The notes under the pieces are model-generated. The model made no database searches. It saw only the letters and a program-made list of their open reading frames with translations, and had not been told where the DNA came from. A stretch of 63,037 nucleotides of DNA, counting the filler, from Octopus bimaculoides (Eukaryota): NCBI RefSeq assembly GCF_001194135.2. It is 7 parts of 5 records of this genome, joined end to end, with 100 filler letters (N's around TTAATTAATTAA, not from the genome) between each part and the next. Parts side by side here need not be neighbours in the genome. Positions count along the whole stretch, not along the records: positions 49,628 to 54,329 come from NC_068982.1; positions 54,430 to 58,166 come from NW_026317853.1; positions 58,267 to 60,951 come from NW_026409522.1; positions 61,052 to 63,037 come from NC_068983.1; 3 more parts are not named here. One strand, given 5' to 3'. The translations under genes were made by a program, and so were the position numbers. Every line of letters starts with the position of its first letter. The stretch's first letter is position 1. This document shows positions 51,015-63,037 of the stretch, one piece after another.

Positions 51015-51843
51015 AATGTGTGGGTGTATATGTACGTTTGTGTATATTCCCCTGTTCAGTTCTGGTTATAAACCTCCACCACTCACTCTCTCTTTTTCTC
51101 TCTATCTCTCTTTCACACACACACATGCACATACACACACGCAAACACCCACACCATTTCTCTGTATTTCTTATTTCCCATTGAGATATCTTTGAATAAT
51201 TCTTCTTTCAGATCACTACTGCATTCTCTCATTCCGCTATTCTTTTATTCTTTCACTCTCCCATTCACCAATATTTTCCAATTCCTGTCAGCATCACATT
51301 ATCTCCAGTCACTTGTCTGACTCTATTTTCCATTCACATCTAACTCTATTTTACCTCCCATTCAGAATCTATTTTTGGTGCAAAGATTGCGTGGGCGTAC
51401 AATTTACTATTAGATCTGACACATATGATAGGATAACAATCTAAAAGGCAAAATGAAATGGAATTATCCACCCATATCAGTGTAAATATAATGAAATAAT
51501 GTTATCAATACTGCTGTATGCTTTGAAGTATTTGCTTACATCCCATAACAGCCATCATGAGTTCAAATCTTACCTAGGTCAGATTTAACATTCGTCCTTT
51601 TCTCGGTTCATAAAGTAAAGCACTTGTCAAGTATTGGAGTTGATTTTATTGATACTACACCTCCACAAAATTTGTGACATATGTTGATGTTTTGAATCAA
51701 TACTATCACGTGCCTTGTGGTATTGAGTTACAACAGTCCCTTTGGAAATCAATATTATTATGGATAACTTTTAGTTTCGCTATGATTTTTACATTTCCAA
51801 ATTAATGTACATTTCTAGTTATTTTTCACTTTCAGTTTCTAAT

Positions 51844-51876
<33 letters not shown>

Positions 51877-52460
51877 GTGTGTGTGTGAATGTGTATGAAT
51901 GTCTGTATGCGTGTATGTGTGGGCATGTGTGTGTATGAATGTGTACATGTGGGCATGTGTGTATGTGTGTGTATCAATATGTCTATGTGAGTTTGTATAT
52001 TTGTGTTTGTGTAAGTGAAATTACTAAAAGACATATTGAATGTGGAAAATATGTGGAAAATATTTATGTACACCCACCAATATGCTTTCATGGTAGGATA
52101 TATGCACACACACATATACATACATATAAACTCACACACATATGAATATATATACATGTACATACATATATATGTGTATATATTTATGTGACTTTGTGTG
52201 TGTGTGCGTGTGTGTGCATGTGTGTGTGTATATATTTTAACATGTGAACATGTTGGGTGTGCATGTATACATATGCATATCTATCCAGTTATTTCTCTCT
52301 CTCTCTCTCCTCTCTCTCCTCCTCTACCCCCTCTCTCTCTATATATATATATTTATATATTGAATTGATTGTTTATTTGAATGGACTATATATATGCATA
52401 CACGTGCGCGTGCACACATACACACACACATGTACGCACGCACACACACACACACTTATC

Positions 52461-52606
52461 ATAGTGGGGTCGGCCGGTTTATGGGGTTACGCAGGGTTTC
52501 TCGTTCATAAGGAGTTTAGCCTTACGGTGTATCTTCAGACCCCAAACACAATATTAACTGCTCTACATCTTAGAGTGTGGTTCTCCTCTGGATTTATGTA
52601 TTTCTA
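52461..52606 (+). mobile_element. Deleted copy of the 28210-28474 foldback family
   Basis: One arm (atagtgggg...ataaggagtttagccttac) is fused to aatattaactgctctacatcttagagtgtg. Confidence 0.8.
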
Positions 52607-53340
52607 AAAATAATATATATATATATATATATATATANNNNNNNNNNNNNNNNNNNNNNNNNNNNNNNNNNNNNNNNNNNNNNNNNNNNNNNNNNNNNNN
52701 NNNNNNNNNNNNNNNNNNNNNNNNNNNNNNNNNNNNNNNNNNNNNNNNNNNNNNNNNNNNNNNNNNNNNNNNNNNNNNNNNNNNNNNNNNNNNNNNNNNN
52801 NNNNNNNNNNNNNNNNNNNNNNNNNNNNNNNNNNNNNNNNNNNNNNNNNNNNNNNNNNNNNNNNNNNNNNNNNNNNNNNNNNNNNNNNNNNNNNNNNNNN
52901 NNNNNNNNNNNNNNNNNNNNNNNNNNNNNNNNNNNNNNNNNNNNNNNNNNNNNNNNNNNNNNNNNNNNNNNNNNNNNNNNNNNNNNNNNNNNNNNNNNNN
53001 NNNNNNNNNNNNNNNNNNNNNNNNNNNNNNNNNNNNNNNNNNNNNNNNNNNNNNNNNNNNNNNNNNNNNNNNNNNNNNNNNNNNNNNNNNNNNNNNNNNN
53101 NNNNNNNNNNNNNNNNNNNNNNNNNNNNNNNNNNNNNNNNNNNNNNNNNNNNNNNNNNNNNNNNNNNNNNNNNNNNNNNNNNNNNNNNNNNNNNNNNNNN
53201 NNNNNNNNNNNNNNNNNNNNNNNNNNNNNNNNNNNNNNNNNNNNNNNNNNNNNNNNNNNNNNNNNNNNNNNNNNNNNNNNNNNNNNNNNNNNNNNNNNNN
53301 NNNNNNNNNNNNNNATATATATATATATATATATATATAC

Positions 53341-53477
53341 GACGGGCTTCTTTCAGTTTCCGTCTACCAAATCCAGGCTATAGTAGAAGACACTTGCCCA
53401 AGGTGCCACGCAGTGGGACTGAACCCAGAACCATGTGGTTGGTAAGCAAGCTACTTACCACACAGCCACTCCTGCGC
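53341..53477 (-). mobile_element. tRNA-derived SINE head
   Basis: Near-identical reverse complement of 38323. Confidence 0.88.
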
Positions 53478-53486
53478 TTATGGGAC

Positions 53487-53520
<34 letters not shown>

Positions 53521-53784
53521 GTATGTTACAAATAACATGTTATATTATATTCCCCCTTTGCTGTGGTAGAACTCAGTAGACTTATAATCCACAATATTAC
53601 TATGCTGTAGCAGCTAGGTTGTATGAATTAACAGATATATTCAGCTCTAGACTGTTATATAAACAAGGAAATCAGTGCAGAGCATAGTAATTAAGAAATG
53701 GATGACAAAAGAATAGGAGTTATGTAATCATATATTTATATGTATGCCTATATAAATATACACATGTGCATAAACGTAAATATT

Positions 53785-54035
53785 CATCATCATCATCATC
53801 ATAATACTTTTTTGATATCTGTTTTCCATGCTGGCATGGGTTGAACGGCTTCACTCTAACTGGCAAGGCTAGGGGTCATACCAGATTCTGTAGTTTGTTT
53901 GGGCTTGGTTTCTGCAGTTGGATGCCTTTCCGAATGCCAGTCACTCTACAGAGTAAACTGGGTACTTTTTATGTGGCACCGTCAACAGTGCTTTTTATGT
54001 GGCACCAGTGCTTTCTACATGGCACCAACATCTAG
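53785..54035 (-). mobile_element. Diverged RTE 3' UTR tail
   Basis: catcatcat...ttccatgctggcatgggttgaacg...ttttatgtggcacc units. Confidence 0.7.
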
Positions 54036-54278
54036 GCTTTTTACTGATCTCTGTGCACCCAGAGATCTGTAATGGTTTAATATCTTGTAACTATCAGCCC
54101 CAATAATTCTTTGCAACATTTCCCAGTGGCTTCTCACTGCTGACACCACCAGAGGGGAGTAACATTATTGTTTGAAGGTATGAAATTGTATTGATTCTTT
54201 GGCTGATAACTGACAAGAATTTTGGTAACTTCCTGTGTCTGTTTTCTATTTGTTTGTGCATTTATTATGTGTTTATAT

Positions 54279-54329
<51 letters not shown>

Positions 54330-54579
54330 NNNNNNNNNNNNNNNNNNNNNNNNNNNNNNNNNNNNNNNNNNNNTTAATTAATTAANNNNNNNNNNNNNNN
54401 NNNNNNNNNNNNNNNNNNNNNNNNNNNNNGGTGTGTGGGGCTGATGGATCCGGTGTCAAAGACAATGACAGTAGCGTGTGGAATTGTTATTTGGGTAAGA
54501 TAGAGAGTGGGGTGGGGTAGGGAGAGAGAGAGAGAGTGAGAAAGAGAGAGAGAGAGAGGGGGGAGGTGGCGATAAGGAT

Positions 54580-54687
54580 GACGATGACGATATTCCTGAT
54601 GATGGTGATGATGATGATGATGGCAAGGAGGAGATTAATGCTACTGACGACGATGATGATGATGATGATGATGATGATGATAATGAT

Positions 54688-54719
<32 letters not shown>

Positions 54720-54769
54720 CGACGATGACGATGACGATGATGATGATGATAATGACAATGATGATGATA

Positions 54770-54812
<43 letters not shown>
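54580..54812. repeat. (GAT/GAC)n mosaic microsatellite
   Basis: Direct triplet run into a gap. Confidence 0.9.
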
Positions 54813-55472
54813 NNNNNNNNNNNNNNNNNNNNNNNNNNNNNNNNNNNNNNNNNNNNNNNNNNNNNNNNNNNNNNNNNNNNNNNNNNNNNNNNNNNNNNNN
54901 NNNNNNNNNNNNNNNNNNNNNNNNNNNNNNNNNNNNNNNNNNNNNNNNNNNNNNNNNNNNNNNNNNNNNNNNNNNNNNNNNNNNNNNNNNNNNNNNNNNN
55001 NNNNNNNNNNNNNNNNNNNNNNNNNNNNNNNNNNNNNNNNNNNNNNNNNNNNNNNNNNNNNNNNNNNNNNNNNNNNNNNNNNNNNNNNNNNNNNNNNNNN
55101 NNNNNNNNNNNNNNNNNNNNNNNNNNNNNNNNNNNNNNNNNNNNNNNNNNNNNNNNNNNNNNNNNNNNNNNNNNNNNNNNNNNNNNNNNNNNNNNNNNNN
55201 NNNNNNNNNNNNNNNNNNNNNNNNNNNNNNNNNNNNNNNNNNNNNNNNNNNNNNNNNNNNNNNNNNNNNNNNNNNNNNNNNNNNNNNNNNNNNNNNNNNN
55301 NNNNNNNNNNNNNNNNNNNNNNNNCGTCGTCGTCGTCGTCGTCGTCATCATCGTTCCACCCCCTCCCCATTCCTCCTCTTCATCCCTCATCAAATGCCTA
55401 TTGTCGCATTCTTCGTGTCATTGATTCTTTATATCTTTAATCATTCCAGGGACAATGCAAAAATAGCACCGG

Positions 55473-55580
55473 CAACAACAACAACAACAGCTATAACAGC
55501 AACAGCAGCAGCAGCGGCAGTAGCAGCAGCAGCAGCGGCAGCAGCAACAACAACAACGACCACAACAACAACAACAATAA
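55473..55580. repeat. (CAG/CAA)n mosaic microsatellite
   Basis: acaaca/gcagca triplet array. Confidence 0.85.
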
Positions 55581-55754
55581 CAGTAACACCATTGTTACAA
55601 ACGTTTGTATGGAATATGTGCTGAAGAGTTATTTTGTTGATGTTGTTATTGTTGTTGTTGTTGTTGTTGTTGTTTACATCCTGATCAGCTCAGATGAAGC
55701 AATTTTCTCGCTAAATTTTACCGAAGCGCTACGTTAGGGGACGTTATCAAACAA

Positions 55755-55975
55755 CCATTATTGGTTTTCAAACGGAGGAGGGTGAAAACACAAAAACACA
55801 CACACACACACACATATGTGACGGGCTTCGGCATGGTTTCCGTCTACCAAATTTACACGTAAGGTATTGGTCAGTACGGAGCTAGAGTAGAAGACATTTG
55901 GACAAGTGTCACGCAGTGGGACCGAACACGAAACCACGTGCAGTAAAACGAAAGTCTTCGCCACACGGTCGCATA
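55755..55975 (-). mobile_element. Diverged SINE head plus microsatellite
   Basis: gacgggcttc..gtttccgtctaccaaattt...gtgtcacgcagtgggaccgaac. Confidence 0.75.
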
Positions 55976-56112
55976 TATTAATTATTAGCGAACAGTACAG
56001 TTCCCAACACATTCTAATTATAGTTATTTCAGTTTGAAGAAGAGTGTTTGCTTCTTTAAAATAATCTTATGTTTATAATATGTTAACCTTCGTACGTCTA
56101 CTTTTGACTTAC

Positions 56113-56392
56113 TGTATACGGTCATTATGCAACCTAGTTTGATATTTAAGTCTATGCAAATATATGATTTTTAAAATCATTCCTTGTGTATCAATTGCTA
56201 TTAATAGAGTTATATATTTATCTTCTTTATTCATATTCCATGTCTTGGGTATTTCAATTTCGCGGCTTCTTGTGCTGTTCGATAGCTTTTTCGACCTTAG
56301 CAGTGTGTTCACTGTGATGACATGCTTGGAAAATTTCAAGATGGCTATCAGAATGCATTGCCCGTAAGGGAGGTCGACAAATTTGATTCTCG
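56113..56392 (-). mobile_element. R4/Dong-like RLE-domain remnant
   Basis: CILIAI...KKLSNSTRSREIEIPKTWNM...GMI resembles EKLSKYKDLEIEI..MW...GALGMI. Confidence 0.5.
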
Positions 56393-58513
56393 CTATAAAA
56401 AAAAATTAAAAAAATTTCCTTCACATCTTTCCCACTTGACTGCAAGTAAGCAGCTTCAAATACATCAAGTAACGCAGGCCAGCAAAGATCTCTTATATAA
56501 ACTCAACATACATTTTAATACTTTCTCAGCAAAATTAATAACAATTTTGGAGAAAAACAACGTCTTCAATAATGTAAAATTTTCATCCAAAAGGAAGAAA
56601 GAAGAGATAATCAAACGTGTGAAGCCCGTCCCACGATCAGTAGTTTTCCTTTCTCTCGTTAATTATCGTATCTGAAAGATTCGAGTCACTTTCAATTATT
56701 AGCAGTTCAGAGGTCGGAATCGTAGAGTAACGTATTACATCTCTCTCTNNNNNNNNNNNNNNNNNNNNNNNNNNNNNNNNNNNNNNNNNNNNNNNNNNNN
56801 NNNNNNNNNNNNNNNNNNNNNNNNNNNNNNNNNNNNNNNNNNNNNNNNNNNNNNNNNNNNNNNNNNNNNNNNNNNNNNNNNNNNNNNNNNNNNNNNNNNN
56901 NNNNNNNNNNNNNNNNNNNNNNNNNNNNNNNNNNNNNNNNNNNNNNNNNNNNNNNNNNNNNNNNNNNNNNNNNNNNNNNNNNNNNNNNNNNNNNNNNNNN
57001 NNNNNNNNNNNNNNNNNNNNNNNNNNNNNNNNNNNNNNNNNNNNNNNNNNNNNNNNNNNNNNNNNNNNNNNNNNNNNNNNNNNNNNNNNNNNNNNNNNNN
57101 NNNNNNNNNNNNNNNNNNNNNNNNNNNNNNNNNNNNNNNNNNNNNNNNNNNNNNNNNNNNNNNNNNNNNNNNNNNNNNNNNNNNNNNNNNNNNNNNNNNN
57201 NNNNNNNNNNNNNNNNNNNNNNNNNNNNNNNNNNNNNNNNNNNNNNNNNNNNNNNNNNNNNNNNNNNNNNNNNNNNNNNNNNNNNNNNNNNNNNNNNNNN
57301 NNNNNNNNNNNNNNNNNNNNNNNNNNNNNNNNNNNNNNNNNNNNNNNNNNNNNNNNNNNNNNNNNNNNNNNNNNNNNNNNNNNNNNNNNNNNNNNNNNNN
57401 NNNNNNNNNNNNNNNNNNNNNNNNNNNNNNNNNNNNNNNNNNNNNNNNNNNNNNNNNNNNNNNNNNNNNNNNNNNNNNNNNNNNNNNNNNNNNNNNNNNN
57501 NNNNNNNNNNNNNNNNNNNNNNNNNNNNNNNNNNNNNNNNNNNNNNNNNNNNNNNNNNNNNNNNNNNNNNNNNNNNNNNNNNNNNNNNNNNNNNNNNNNN
57601 NNNNNNNNNNNNNNNNNNNNNNNNNNNNNNNNNNNNNNNNNNNNNNNNNNNNNNNNNNNNNNNNNNNNNNNNNNNNATATATATATATATATATATATAT
57701 ACATACATATGTATATGAATGTGTATGTATACACAGATGGGTCTGTATATATAACTATATAAATAATTTCATATACATACCTACATACATACATACATAC
57801 ACATACACGCGTATGCATTTTCCTTAAAAGATGCATGTTTTGCGAATATAAAACGGAATTAACACATGAATGCACCAGTAACGCATCTGTGGTAATTGGG
57901 CATAGCACCTTATGCATGAGTTCCGTGCATATAGCATATGCATGAGCTTGTTGCACGCTGCAATAAAAATCCCCTTGAAGGCCATTTGCACACGGGAAAC
58001 GTTGGCGAATATGTTTGATTGCAGCCATGCATTTTGGCATAAATATGGACTTGAGGATTCTAACGCTGCTGCTATATATAAATATATAATATATGGTACA
58101 CCATATATTATGTATATATGTATACAAATATATATATATACATACATATATATATATATATATATANNNNNNNNNNNNNNNNNNNNNNNNNNNNNNNNNN
58201 NNNNNNNNNNTTAATTAATTAANNNNNNNNNNNNNNNNNNNNNNNNNNNNNNNNNNNNNNNNNNNNCATGTATGTGATTGATATTGGTCTTTAGTAATTT
58301 AATAAAGTATTAAATCTAAGATTCGCTACAAATAACTGACCCCGTGACCTCTGTCCTAGCAGCGTGTAACTAAATTTGTTGGGTTGTCGATTGTAAAACT
58401 CGTTTAGCGCACACAAACACATCCCTACATCTCACCCACCTCTAGCGCTTGTATCTTCAGCCCACTTTTGAAATCGAAAAGCCCTCATACATGCATATAT
58501 ACACACATACACA

Positions 58514-58556
<43 letters not shown>

Positions 58557-58798
58557 GCACACACATATATATATGTACATGCATGTGTATGTATGTATGT
58601 ATGTATGTCCTATATGCCTCAATTCTTAGGCTAAAAAATGTTTACACGCGCAGTTATATATTTGCGGTGTTTAAATCACGCAAATATACGTAAATAGAGA
58701 TATACTGTATATATACCGAAAAAGAGATTGCATACATATATAAATCTGAATATATATTTAAATACGCGCGTGCCTGTGTTTTGGTACATATAGATACT

Positions 58799-58848
<50 letters not shown>

Positions 58849-58854
58849 TATATA

Positions 58855-59060
58855 AACAAAAGTAAATGAGTATATGCATATATACGTACAGGTATGTGCA
58901 TACCGACATCCACCTGTATGTATAGGTGCATATCTGGGTACAGGACATTGCAAACAAACGTAGACGAGAACACACGAGCCACATAGAGAACATTCTACTT
59001 CATCAACTACCCACGTTTTAACACCGGCGTTTCGACGAGCTTATATATATCATCATAAAT
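58855..59060 (-). mobile_element. Penelope-terminal-like repeat
   Basis: Homologous to 28970-29192. Minus strand carries tgatga...cGAAAC GCCGGT GTT. Confidence 0.65.
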
Positions 59061-59672
59061 ATAAGGGATTAGCAATTGAGTTGCTTCTCCAACATACTGA
59101 AAATNNNNNNNNNNNNNNNNNNNNNNNNNNNNNNNNNNNNNNNNNNNNNNNNNNNNNNNNNNNNNNNNNNNNNNNNNNNNNNNNNNNNNNNNNNNNNNNN
59201 NNNNNNNNNNNNNNNNNNNNNNNNNNNNNNNNNNNNNNNNNNNNNNNNNNNNNNNNNNNNNNNNNNNNNNNNNNNNNNNNNNNNNNNNNNNNNNNNNNNN
59301 NNNNNNNNNNNNNNNNNNNNNNNNNNNNNNNNNNNNNNNNNNNNNNNNNNNNNNNNNNNNNNNNNNNNNNNNNNNNNNNNNNNNNNNNNNNNNNNNNNNN
59401 NNNNNNNNNNNNNNNNNNNNNNNNNNNNNNNNNNNNNNNNNNNNNNNNNNNNNNNNNNNNNNNNNNNNNNNNNNNNNNNNNNNNNNNNNNNNNNNNNNNN
59501 NNNNNNNNNNNNNNNNNNNNNNNNNNNNNNNNNNNNNNNNNNNNNNNNNNNNNNNNNNNNNNNNNNNNNNNNNNNNNNNNNNNNNNNNNNNNNNNNNNNN
59601 NNNNNNNNNNNNNNNNNNNNNNNNNNNNNNNNNNNNNNNNNNNNNNNNNNNNNNNNNNNNNTATATATATAT

Positions 59673-59705
<33 letters not shown>

Positions 59706-59719
59706 GAATATATATATAC

Positions 59720-59965
59720 GTGGGTGCAGACTTATGTAACTTGCAGATCGTTATGTACATGGATTGTTGGCGATTTTCTCTCCGTCTTCCTCTTCCCTTG
59801 GGCATTCCTCAGTCACCGGTTTCTGAAGAAGGGCTTTTCTCGAAACGTAAAACTCCCGTTTGTTTTACATTCCCTAAAAGTCTGGTAATAGTTTGCATAT
59901 CCCAAATCTTTACGTTGTTGTTTTTTCCTCTGTTTTTTCTCCGTTTTCCTTTTGTTTTATAACTG
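59720..59965 (+). mobile_element. Penelope pLTR remnant
   Basis: Contains ctgaagaagggcttttctcgaaacgtaaaac, followed by a T-rich 3' segment. Confidence 0.65.
59818..59854 (+). ncRNA. Minimal type I hammerhead-ribozyme-like motif
   Basis: ggttt CTGAAGA A GGG ctttt CTC GAAAC GTA aaact. Helix I ggttt/aaact, helix II GGG/CTC, cleavage triplet GUA. Confidence 0.55.
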
Positions 59966-60476
59966 TGTGTATATATATATATATATATATATACAGAGAG
60001 AGAGAGAGATAGGAACAGACAGACAGATAGATGGATAGACAGATAGATAGATAGATACAAATTTATATACTTGCAAAATTTTTTACAACCACATTCATAT
60101 GCTGTTTGTGTTTGTGTGTGTGTGTGTGTGTGGAGAGAGTGAGAGAGAGAGAGTGAGCGAGAGAGAGAGTGAAAGAGAGAGAGTGAAAGAGAGAGAGTGA
60201 AAGAGAGAGAGAGAGAGAGATACAATAGTCGCATATATAAACACTCAAGTATACATATATATATAAAGACAATGCGTGTATAAATATATATGTGTGTGTG
60301 TGTCTATTTAATTATATATGATGTATATAATAATGTTTTTCTTTGAGGTACTTCTGAAAGGAATAGGGATACAAAATATCAAAGAAGGAACGAGTTGTAA
60401 AAAACGTGATAATGTGATATATGTAGGGGGGGGGTGACAGAATGAAAGCCTGTGTGTGGTTGTGTATATATGTGGG

Positions 60477-60507
<31 letters not shown>

Positions 60508-60603
60508 TCATAAATACTACATATATGTATATATACGTATATATATATATATATATATACGTGTATATATATATATATTTCTATATATATGTATATATAC
60601 ACA

Positions 60604-60659
<56 letters not shown>

Positions 60660-60901
60660 TATATATATATAAGTATATGTGTGTTTGTATGTTAGTATAT
60701 GTATATGTATTCCAGGATCATGTTTTGTACAAGACAGATTATGCCATTTCATGTTACCCCACTCAAAACAGGATAGTGGCACCATTTGTGGGCGAGATTT
60801 AAACTTGCGAGTGACTAGCGTTCTATCCAGATGTAATTAAATAAATCTCATAGCATAACATAAACAAATACACACAGACTAACACACTGGCAAACAAGTA
60901 C

Positions 60902-60951
<50 letters not shown>

Positions 60952-61051
60952 NNNNNNNNNNNNNNNNNNNNNNNNNNNNNNNNNNNNNNNNNNNNTTAAT
61001 TAATTAANNNNNNNNNNNNNNNNNNNNNNNNNNNNNNNNNNNNNNNNNNNN

Positions 61052-61080
<29 letters not shown>

Positions 61081-61087
<7 letters not shown>

Positions 61088-61502
61088 TACATATTTCTTG
61101 TGTTGCCCTCCAATATTTATGTTATCACATCTAGTGGTAGAGCAATGGGTATAGTCATTTTTAGTATGAGTTTTTTAGGTGGATTCATGCAAGTTACTTG
61201 TTGATCAGAAAAATAACAGAAACTAATACAGTATTTTGGTCACTACCTGGAGTTTTACTATCTTTAGTGCCAGCCGCTATCATAACTATTAATATAAACT
61301 TTCACCTCCAAAATTGAACCATACTCTCAAACCCTCAACTGAAGACATATTGTATATTTATATATGTAAGCAAAATACGAACCACTGCATGAATCCACCC
61401 TTCCTACAAAAACTCGTACTAAAAATGACTATACCCATCGTTCCACCACTAGATGTGATAACATAAATATTGGACGGCAACACATGAAATATGTATGTGT
61501 CT
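61081..61502. mobile_element. MITE with about 105-bp TIRs
   Basis: tatttcttgtgttgccctccaatatttatgttatcacatctagtgg... is mirrored by ...ccactagatgtgataacataaatattggacggcaacacatgaaata. Confidence 0.88.
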
Positions 61503-61511
61503 ATGTATATG

Positions 61512-61552
<41 letters not shown>

Positions 61553-61882
61553 CCTTTCATATACCTTTTCCTTTCAACAAAGTTGTACTCCTCTCAAACT
61601 CTATTACTTGCTCTACAATGTCTAACAGTTGATGTATACTATTTCTGTTTCCTTTCTGTTTTCTTCTTGCCATATAAATTAAGGGTAAACCTCTTTTTAC
61701 CCTTACTCATTTATTACACGCATTAGTGAAATTGCTATGCGATAACCAGCACTAGGGTATTAATAATTGGGTACACTACCAGCAGCATATTGGATAGGTA
61801 CTATCCCTTAGTTGGTTAGAGTCACAACCTCTAACTCTCATGGTATGTATGTATGTACGTATAGATAGATAGATAGATATGT

Positions 61883-62325
61883 TCTTTTATTAGCCACAGA
61901 GGGGACAAGTTACAAAGTAGAGCTTTACTTTTGGGGAAGAGAAGGAGGGGAAAAAAAGTGGGGTAGATTTTCGATCAAAAGGGATCACAAAAAAAAAAAC
62001 GATCAATAGGGATCGTGTATCACAGAAATGTCATGATGTAAAATGTAAAGGGGGAAACAAAAAAGACCACGGTAACCTTGGCCAATAATGTCATGCAGTG
62101 AAACACATTACAGTAAGTGACTCTCTTTTTATCTTTTTTTTCTGGTTCATAGGGTTATGCTCAAGGTGGCTCCGTCATTCACACGTGCCATCCTTGCTAC
62201 ATTCACCCATCTTTTCTTGAAGCATTCAGTAGACAGAACTTCCCTCGCTACTCTTACCTTCCTCGACCTCTTTTTGATCCACGACTGCAGTTCGGTCATA
62301 AAGATGAGTTGCAGGAAAGCATAGA
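61883..62325 (-). mobile_element. Tx1/L1-like LINE 3' end
   Basis: WIKKRSRKVRVAREVLSTECFKKRWVNVARMARVNDGATLSITL*, ending gtggctaataaaagaa. Confidence 0.6.
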
Positions 62326-62332
62326 TAGATAT

Positions 62333-62667
62333 AGATGTGTACAAGAAATATAAATATTATTAAAAATAATATTACTATCCAGCAAGAATAAAGCACGATA
62401 AAAGGTAGAATTATAAATATACAAAGGTGATGTACACGAAGTACAATCATTGCTAGAAAGTTTCCTATATTCACCACCCACAAACATCTCTGTCTGTAAA
62501 CATTCAGTGAAGCTCTTCATAGTACTGATAGCTTACTGGCTGCAATTTCTAGCAATGCTTGTACTTAATGTACATCCGTTTTGTATATTTATAATTCTAC
62601 CTTTTATGGTGCTTTATTCTTGCTGGATAGTAATATTATTTTTAATATTTATATTTCTTGCATATCT
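62333..62667. mobile_element. MITE/foldback with about 125-bp arms
   Basis: caagaaatataaatattattaaaaataatattactatccagcaagaataaagcac... is mirrored at 62545-62665. Confidence 0.88.
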
Positions 62668-62731
62668 TTTCACTGATCTTGATTCTTATTTTAACTGGGG
62701 ATTTCAGCCGAGTAAACAGGCAGAGATGTAC

Positions 62732-62862
62732 TCTTTTACTCATTTGCTTCAGTCACTTGACTTCGGCCATGCTGGAGCATCACCTTTAGTCGAACGAATC
62801 GACCCCAGGACTTATTCTTTGTAAGCCTATTACTTATTCTATTGGTTTCTTTTGCCGAACTG
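62732..62862 (-). mobile_element. SINE tail A
   Basis: cttcagtcacttgacttcggccatgctggagc...cgaccccaggacttattctttgtaagcc. Confidence 0.85.
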
Positions 62863-62880
62863 TATATATATATATATATA

Positions 62881-63037
62881 TCATCATCATCATCATCGTC
62901 TAACGTCCGCTTTCCATGCTAGCATGGGTTGGACGATTTGACTGAGGACTGGTGAAACCGGATGGCAACACCAGGCTCCAGTCTGATTTGGCAGAGTTTC
63001 TACGGCTGGATGCCCTTCCTAACGCCAACCACTCAGA
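62881..63037 (-). mobile_element. RTE 3' tail (runs off the window)
   Basis: catcatcatcgtctaacgtccgctttccatgctagcatgggttggacg...ggatgcccttcctaacgccaacc. Confidence 0.88.

Noticed and set aside
58444-58468. 25-nt minus-strand segment WAEDTSAR resembling the residues before a bHLH basic region
   Set aside because: Weak acceptor and donor (GTGGGT) and too short for meaningful similarity.

Overview
AT-rich, microsatellite-dense eukaryotic genomic DNA with many N gaps. The repeat content looks like an octopus draft scaffold (inference). The only host protein-coding signal I can support is four spliced minus-strand exons (24804-24896, 22125-22242, 21060-21236, 19298-19553). They join in frame across GT-AG introns and encode the PAS-A, linker and start of PAS-B of a BMAL1/CYCLE-type (ARNTL) bHLH-PAS circadian clock factor. 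The bHLH exons and the rest of PAS-B are not visible and may lie in gaps or outside the window. The remainder is intronic or intergenic: decayed RTE, R4/Dong-like, Tx1-like and Penelope-like retroelements, mariner and maT remnants, several MITE/foldback elements, a Helitron 3' end, tRNA-derived SINEs and simple repeats. Five Penelope-type minimal hammerhead-ribozyme-like motifs are present, plus several splice-signal-flanked micro/cryptic exon candidates. Six TTAATTAATTAA spacers inside N runs are probably assembly joins, so order and orientation across them is uncertain. I found no convincing wholly new biological system. Repeat boundaries were read by eye and are approximate, and family names come from recalled motifs, not database searches.
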